Of a stretch of DNA of 39,495 bases, positions 31,654 to 39,495 are shown piece by piece. The position numbers were made by a program, and so were the translations under genes. This stretch comes from Craspedostauros australis (Eukaryota). Numbering within the stretch: the stretch's first letter is position 1; each line of letters begins with the position of its first letter. The stretch spans positions 1 to 39,495 of the forward strand of contig JALAGF010003375.1 of NCBI GenBank assembly GCA_030167865.1, in the 5' to 3' direction. The notes below the pieces were generated by a model that made no database searches, was not told where the DNA came from, and saw only the letters and a list, made by a program, of their open reading frames with translations.

Positions 31654-32162
31654 GAGCCATGCAAGCGATCAAACTGCCCAGATCATGATGCATCGATGGC
31701 ACCCGCAAAGGTGGGGACCATTGGTACTGGGAGATCGTGAGAGACGCAGATCGCGCACAAAGCATAGAATGCCGGAATGGTGGAGGTATCAGTACTTACT
31801 CGTACCTCTGTCGCGAGTTTTTTTTTGGGGAATAGACACGAAGTTGTGGAGATACATACGCCAGCAGTGAACGGTGCCGATACCGATACGAGTACAAAAC
31901 ATAAATTGGCAAGAAGTCAGTGTTACAATGCATCTCCTATGGCCTGATCCTTCTCGCTGATGAATACCTGAAGAGAGATGTCAATCTGCGTTGTACCAGA
32001 GAGATTCTGCGCACATGCATTCTGACTGCGGCAAGTGTTCAAACAAGTCAAGTCCAAACGGCGCAAATGGAGACATGGTGGACAAGATCACAATCGTTGA
32101 GACGCATTGATACCAGCGGCCAGGAGTCTCTTGCCTCGTATTGGTCGAAAATGCACAAACAT

Positions 32163-32197
32163 ATTCGTACTCATACTCATACTCGTACTCATACTCG
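32163..32197. repeat. (TACTCR)n hexanucleotide microsatellite
   Basis: attcgtactcatactcatactcgtactcatactcg. Confidence 0.85.
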
Positions 32198-33717
32198 ACC
32201 CTACACACGATTACGCAAGGTTAGAGTACATGTAATACACGCAATACATAGTTTTCACGACTAAGATCTGACTACCGTTGTCTTCCAGGGTTGTCTTTCC
32301 ATCGTCTTGGGGTGGCTTGAGCTGTGGGTACCGTGCTTCGCTTGTACGAGTAGTCGTACATGAAGGAAACCCAACGTGGAGTATCCGGAGGCAAATGTGT
32401 GGAGAATGCGCCGCCAACTCTCTCAACTCCAAGGAATGAAGTTCATTCGTACTGCCACCAACACCCTTGGAGAACGGTGAGTGTATTTTGTGACAATGGC
32501 AGGATCGATAGTCGTACGCTTGTTGACTGGCAACGGCGTAGACCGCATTGCGTTTGGAGCCCATGGGACAGAATCTGTTGCACCCTCCATGAACTATCTT
32601 GCACCATCGCAGGGGATCCGAAGTCCACGAAAGTATTCCCACTGACAACCCCCCTCCCCCCTTGAGTCTTCCGATGCAAAGTGAGACGTCATTGCCGCCC
32701 CGGACCGTTCTTGTCATCTATGACATGGACGCATCATGCCCTCCATTTCCTTCGTTGAAGCTGTGGCGGATGAGATCCACCAATAGTCGTTCCTGACCCG
32801 GGCATCTGATCCGATGGTCTTCACGGAAACGTACTTTCTGCACTTCTTGCCGCGGAAGCTTTCATCCTCTCTTGACCACCCCGCCGCCATCATCGTCGTC
32901 ATCGATGTCGATGTCGATGTCGATGCGGGTGGTGGGTGGTGAGGGGTGGTGGTATCAGTCCTCTGCCTTGCTACCAGCGCTGTTATCATTGGTGCTGTGG
33001 TTGCCGTCCGCATGAAGACGATGATGAAGTCGCCACGGAGGCACGCAGCTGTGCCACCATCGCCTAGGAGAGGAACATACACGTACAACAGATGCAAGTA
33101 GAAGAGGAGTGAACGACGACAAAGCATCTACGGCGCCATAGTAGTACTTGTTTGCCAACTGTACCCTGCTCAGGTACTTGAAAGGCCTGACGCTTGTCGT
33201 CCGCGTGGATCTCGCGTCGGATGAGAACTGTACCTATTCGTACGTGTCATCACGTACATGCCCATGTGCACACAACCAAGTATGTCAGGTCTTTTTGTCA
33301 TGGGACGACAAAAACTCACCATCTCTATTTTGGTCACAGAGTGCGAGTGTCATCTGGTGACAATGGCAGGGCTGCGGTGCCTCCAAAAGAACAGCCCATG
33401 CCCATGGAACGACGTGAGGACGGAATGGTCCACAGAACGACAAACATCATGAGTTCGCGTGCAAGGCACAAAAGCATGCCGAAATGTCCCTTGGTTCTCA
33501 TCAAACAGGAGCAACGCGCAAGCGCTGCTGTGAGGGAGCAAAATGCCCGGGTTCGAAGGACCATGTATGCTACATTAGTTTTCATTGAGGATCGACAGAT
33601 GCCTCAGAGGGGATCATCTCGCTGATTGTGCAAAGATCGTCCCGTATCAGACCGGTCCCAAGCACCTTGGTCAACTTTGCTGCAGCTTCCGTACTTCTTC
33701 TGCGGCTGTGTCTTCTT

Positions 33718-36700
33718 CTATGGCGACGATGACGCTTGCTGCTGCTGCGGTGTCGTTCTCTCCTGGTTGTCACGGAACCACAACACTTCTTCGTAGGTCT
33801 TTTGCTTGAGCGTCTTCAGATCCATCTTGGAGGCATTCAAGAATTCGGGCGTTTGCATTACCTCCAGCGCTCCCCGCTCCATCTGTTCCCTCTGCACATT
33901 TTTCAAGAATGGATGCTGCAGTGCCTGCTGGGCTGTCAGGCGCTTGTTGGGATTGAACTGCAGCATCTTGTCCAGCAGATCCAAGGCTACGGGATCGGCG
34001 GCGGGGAAGAGCTTCTGGATTGGTTTGGAATGCTTGATGCTGCCAAGCAGAGTCTTGATGTATTCGGTCGCCTTCAACCCGAATGCATCCATGTCTTCCT
34101 GGCTGGGAGCCCCGATCACGGAGAAGATCACGCTGAGCTGATCCATCCGTTCGTCTGATGACACGTTACCGCCTTCACCTGACAATGGATAAGATGTGCC
34201 GCCAGGGAAGAGTGGAGATCGATCTTGATAGCTCGGTATGCTATCTTGCTGCATCGACAAAAGCTCTGCCAAGATGCAACCCAAACTCCAAATGTCAACA
34301 GCTGAAGAATACGGCTGAATCAAGATCAATTCGGGGGCTCTGTACCAGCGCGTCACGACATGCTTTGTCAGCTGCCTCGTCAGGGGAGCTTGCTACAAAA
34401 ATGGGACGGGCACAGGTGGTGTGATGGAAATTCATGTCAACCGTTGGATATCAAAGGTGAGAAATGGGATCATGTGCATGGTGGAACAAAGAAATAGAGT
34501 AGAGCACAAGTGTTAGACGCATTGCATTGTATTGCATTGCATAATGACGTGCAAGTATTCGAATTGTCATCCTCGAAAGACTTCGACCAAGAATCTGCGT
34601 CTGGCAAGCGCAGAAAGGCATAATCCAACCGACCAATCCATCCAATCTGGACAATCGCTACACAAGTCGTACAATGGCTATGCTGAAGACGCAGCGCAGG
34701 CCATTGACAGATACGGAATGATGCATGCAGCACGAAGCATGATGCTCAACTCACCTTCATGGAAGCAAAATTGGGAGGTGCCCGCACGTCCTTGCCAGGC
34801 GTCTTGCTCTTGTCCTTCTGTTCGTCTTGAGCAGTCGACGACATCATCGTTGATGGATCGACCGTCCTTGCAAGTCCAAAGTCGCAAATCTGTCATGCCG
34901 TCATTCGATCGCACACATTTGAGTTTCATCGAGTCGGAAACATGTCATACAATGGGATGAAAGGGAATAATTGGCGAAGAAAAGTGGTGGTTGTGAGATA
35001 AGAGTCGTGGCTGTCATGAGATTGCAACAGGTGCCTGCAAGGGGATCGAGACAGAGGCTTTGCCCCTCCCATGCACATACAATAGCACTAGCAGCAGCAA
35101 CAGCCAAATATCATACCGGAGGAAACTGTGTGCGCAGTCTCCGCATTCATATCTATCTTCTTGCCATGCCATTTGCACGTGCTCCACGCTGGTCAAGCAG
35201 TCGCCGCGCATCCGCACACGGCACCGCCAGATACACTCACTTTAAGAGAACAGTCTTCATTGAGAAGGATATTGGCCGGCTTCAGATCACGATGGATCAC
35301 TGACGCGGAATGCAGGAATCGCAAACCAGCCAGCATCTGGTACAGGAATGTTTGGATGTGCTCCGTCGTGAGGTATTGCGGCGACATGATGAGTTTGTAC
35401 AGATCCGTGTCGACGTCTGTGATGACATGGATTAAATATGCATTCGTTCATGGGGCGCGCGCATGTACACGAACATGGCATGATAGAGTAGAGTAGAACG
35501 ACGTACAGAGTGGAATCAGCGAATGTTGTGTTGTGTTTTGTTGCGTATCATCGGAACAGCTGTGGTGAGTATGCGTGCAACATGCGATAATGGATTTGGG
35601 ATTGACATAATCATGCAAGATGCAATGCAATGTAACGTCACGTGATGGCATGGCTTGAACCGTTGGCATGGAAGAACAGGCCAACGCGACGATCGGGCTT
35701 GTACGTGACTTTCATTGCAGCCCGCGCACATCGAAGACAACGCACATGCCGCAAGGAAGAGATGCGACTTACATTCAAAGACAAGGTAGAGATCGTGGAA
35801 GTCATCCAGATCATCAGTCGGTGGCTGGACAACATCCACCAGCTGTATGATGCACTCGTGGCCACGCAGACGTCGCAGGATGTAGATTTCACGGAAGAGA
35901 CGGACCGCATCGACTTCTTGATCGAACGGCGACGTGATGCGCTTGATGGCCACGAAGGTGTCGGGCGGATGGTGCAAGTCGCGCGCTTGCGCCACCTCGC
36001 CGTAGCTGCCCCTACCCAGCATGCGTATCAACTCGTACCGATCCCCGACCGCCCATTCTGAGAAGTCTTCGGATAGCATGGGCTGGCGGAGTGGAGGAGC
36101 GTCGGCAGGTGCATTTTGCTGCTGCTGCTCTGTTTGTTGTTGCGGTGGCTGTGCCGTGGCGTGCGGCGCAGACGAAGCCGCCTTTCGAGAGGGTTTGGGA
36201 GCGGGTGTGACTGCGCCATCGCTGAAGAGCTGATGCTGCCGTTCCAGCTCCTTCGCGTTCTGGATTTCTCGGTTGGTGACGACGGGCACAAGCGGCAGCG
36301 AAGGTGTGGCAATGCCCGTGGGCGTTGGCATGGCGTGCAATGGCATGCCTCTGGGCGTGCGGGCTGTTTGGAAGTGATGCTGATGATGCCATATCTTGGC
36401 TTCCGACGATGCCGGAGTCGACGGTGGCGCTGGTGGGACGTCAGGGATGTAAAGCGAGTTGCCCGAGGGCGTCATCAAGCTTCGGAATGAGTCGGATCGA
36501 GCCAGGGGTGTTGTGGCGGTCGCTGCTGCTGCTGCGCCGGATGTAGCACCAGTGCCGACCGGCGCTGTCGCGACGGACGTGTACGAGGCCGCAGATGCTG
36601 CTGCGACAGCCATGGCGGAAGCGGAGTGTGAGGAGAGGTCGGACATGGATGATGAGTCGCCCAGGCTGGACCGCCTTCTCTGAGACACGGTACTGGGAAG

Positions 36701-37411
36701 TGGGGTGCGGGGGGTTTCGGGATAGGCTATGGCTGCGGTGATGGCGTGGTCTGGGTCCTGCTGGGTCATTTTGGATGGCGTGGAGGGCCCGTACGGTTCT
36801 CCCTGATCGTTGCAGGAGAGGTCGTCGGAGGATGCGTGCCTGATCCTGGACGACAGCGGTTCCTGCGAGGGTCTTGGAGTTTCGGCCAGCGCGGCCGCCG
36901 TCGACGTGACCATCATGGAGCGAGCTGGCGGGGTGGTCTCCCCAGGCTCCGGCTGTTGTTGTTGCTGCCGCTGACGATGCTGCAGCGATGAATCAGACAG
37001 CACCGGCATTTCGTCGCCTGATGGTTGGGTTGGACGTGGGGTACATGCTTCGTCTGGTCGGAGCCTCTTTTGAGGTCGACTCTGGAGGTCGATAGAGGGT
37101 TGGTTGCTGTCCTGCGGCGGATCACTGTTGGATTCCAGAGCGGCCGGAGCCAGAGCAGCAGCAGAAGAAGCATCGGTCACCTGGGTATGGAGACCTCCGG
37201 TGGCTGGTCGCTTCATGCGAGTATCCTGCGTCGAAAGTCCTATCTGTGCTTGACTGTCGCTGTCGCTGTCGTTGTCGTTGTCTCTGTCTGTGGATGGAAC
37301 CTGCGGTTGTGACGGATGGTGTGCTGGAAGGGGAGGGGTTGACGGCATTGTGGCCTCCACCTGCAGCGCCGGAGCATTCCCGGCCATGGTATCTGTGTTG
37401 CTGGTTGACAT
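33718..37411 (-). CDS. Atypical mitogen-activated protein kinase (TKH activation motif) with ~455-aa disordered N-terminal extension; 4 exons, ~874 aa
   Basis: Exons 37411-35773, 35416-35241, 34889-34755 and 34392-33718; all introns are GT..AG and the total is 2625 nt in frame. Motifs: [123 protein letters not shown]. Confidence 0.95.
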
Positions 37412-38168
37412 CTCCTATGATTCATATCACTCTGTTTCGAAAAGATTCCCAAGTTTCTATTGACACGGTGACGGTGGTTGGGTGGAAGATCGTATCTAAT
37501 GTGTTGGATGTGAGCAAACAGGGATACACATGAAACGGTTAAAACAGGGTTACCATGCGAACACGGGCATCGCCCAACCATGAGAGACTAGAGCGTTCCA
37601 TGACGACTCTATACGATCCGAGAACCCTTATAATTTTGAATCTTCTGGGTTTACCACCCTCAATACCAATGCATGCGTGTGTCAACTTGGTTTATCATGC
37701 ACATTCGCTCACGCGAGCCAAGAGCAAGTACGCGGGGACCGCCTGAAGAGGCGATGATAATACTGGGACCCCGCTCCGAGGGTGGACCGCCGTGAGCCGA
37801 CACAGCTTGGAATCGTGTTGCATCCCCTTTGACCATGGTGTTCTGGTGCATCGTGGCCGGTGCCAGAGGGATGTACTCCCACCGTTTGCTTTTGCGTGGT
37901 GTGGATGGCAAGACAAGGTGGACGCACCGACCGTAGACCATGCGGAACCCCTACTGAGACACGAGCCCATACTGAGTAACAGATCGTGTGCCTCGTTGCC
38001 ACATCCGTGCTTCTCACTGTGGGCCAAAACATCGACACACACACGCTGCACTCTCACACACGACGAAACACGCTTTGTCCCAGCGGTGATTTCTGTCACA
38101 ATCCTGTATCTTGGTTCCTTTTTCTGACTTCACACGCAACACACACTCTGATCAAGACAAGCACCATC

Positions 38169-39173
38169 ATGTTGACCAACAGCGATGAAATCCGTAATTC
38201 CCTCACCAACACCATGGGGTTCAACAAAGCCGACATCGGAAATGCTCTTAGCGAACAAGGTCTGAATACGTTTGATGATCTCCTCATGTTCACCAATGAC
38301 GACTTGGAGAAACTCTGCGACCGCATCCGAAAGGGAAGCGGCCTCATCCCCAACCCAGCACACACATCAGGCACTCGTTCGACCGCGCCGTCGCACACCA
38401 AGGACCCGGGTGTTACCATTGGATGGGTGCACGAGCTGAAGCTCCGAAAGCTCCGCTATGCACGTTTCCATTTTGACCGTATCCAATGTTCTTTCTTGGC
38501 TGCAGAGGCACTGATGGAACGTCTCAACAGCCTGTGGTCTCTCTTTGAAGAGGAGGTCCGTATCAAGGATTCACCGTTGGTGGACTTGCCTGACCCCCTT
38601 ACCCGAGTGGAAAACGTCTGTGAGACCCTCGAAGACATTGCCAACTACCCCGAAAGCACACTCAGGGCCACCGACATGCCGCTCTCGTACATCATCCGTT
38701 CGAACCCACTCAAGCTGGAAGACAGGGTGCCAGCCATCAACACGCCATTTGGCGTACCCTCCATGAAAGGCAAGCTCGTCAACAGAGCCGCATTTACAGG
38801 CCTCAAGCATAAGGCAGACAATGCTACCATGTGGCATGTCATCCGCCATGTCACTCATGGTGGACTGGCATGGAACTGAGTACAGAGCAGCAAGCAAACC
38901 AGAGATGGACGTTATATTTATCTCATCCTGCTTGAGCACTATCGTGGTGACTCATATCAGGTCAGAACCAAGGCAGCAGCAACTAGCATCATCAACAACA
39001 CCTTTTATGACGGCAAGTCACGCAACTTCGCCTTTGAGACGTGCACCCAATGTCTGAACTCTGCCTTCGAAGATATGGCAGAATGCGGTGAACCACTCGT
39101 CGAGGACGCAAAGGTCCGCCATCTCATGCATGGCATTCGTGTGCCACACTTGCATGTCGAGATGTACATGTGA
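38169..39173 (+). mobile_element. Decayed Ty1/copia (CoDi-like) LTR-retrotransposon gag fragment, with premature stop and 3' truncation
   Basis: QGLNTFDDL, LCDRIRKGSGLIPNP, DPGVTIG, MPLSYIIR, HKADNATMW, AWN* (TGA at 38877 where Trp is expected). The same frame continues QTRDGR..LLEHYRG..FYDGKSRNFAFE..GEPLVEDAKVRHLMHGI to a stop at 39171-39173. These resemble diatom copia gag motifs as I recall them. No pol or LTR pair is visible. Confidence 0.8.
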
Positions 39174-39495
39174 GTATATGTCGAGATGTACGTGTATATG
39201 TGCATCGTTCACCCGTTATTCTCTCATACGCACTTGGACGGTATAACTATACTCGTTTCGATAGTATGCTGTGATTCGTCAGAATTACAGTGGAAATGGA
39301 ACACACGAAAATGAGCAGAATTTCTGGAGGAAATTTGCAATCGACGATTTCTGAGAGAATTAGAAGATCGTCCGTCCATCCATCAATGGTACCAAGATAA
39401 TCTCAAGGTATTTCCCAACTAAACCTCAGATGACGATATCATCTGACAGGCTGCTGCATCACCAATGGAACATGACATCTGGAGAGCAGAAGGAC

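Noticed and set aside
32714-33127. 137-aa minus-strand ORF downstream of the MAPK
   Set aside because: Low-complexity, built partly on an (ATCGAC)n repeat, with no family motif; may be MAPK 3' UTR or intergenic.
37600-38168. Possible 5' LTR and primer-binding site of the copia element
   Set aside because: No second LTR copy, clear TG..CA boundaries or tRNA-complementary PBS could be identified in the window.

Overview
Eukaryotic DNA with GT-AG spliceosomal introns; the gene content (CoDi-type gag, DGDG synthase, ASAF-like targeting signal, RXL site) suggests a diatom, probably pennate (inference). In order: a >1200-codon intronless STAND/AAA_16-type ATPase on the minus strand that runs off the left edge and is absent from the ORF track; a small hypothetical gene; a sulfotransferase-like type II membrane protein; a 3-exon type I membrane beta-propeller/PTS-rich protein with an RXL site; a GSTCD-like SAM methyltransferase with a C-terminal R3H-like domain; a 2-exon DGDG synthase with a large insert; a small, probably plastid-targeted 4-Cys protein; a 4-exon atypical MAPK (TKH activation loop, TP-rich N-terminal extension); and a decayed Ty1/copia (CoDi-like) gag. 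The most notable signal is three otherwise dissimilar small Ser/Pro/Gln-rich ORFs (15820-16239, 18711-19115, 31150-31653; all + strand). They share a C-terminal acidic amphipathic helix motif (IIDILDSVLDIL / LIDTIDDVLHLI / VLDILDEALDIV) and each lies behind a 2.5-4.3 kb apparently non-coding upstream region. They are a candidate family of short-linear-motif regulatory proteins. All splice models and domain calls were made by eye; no database searches were run.
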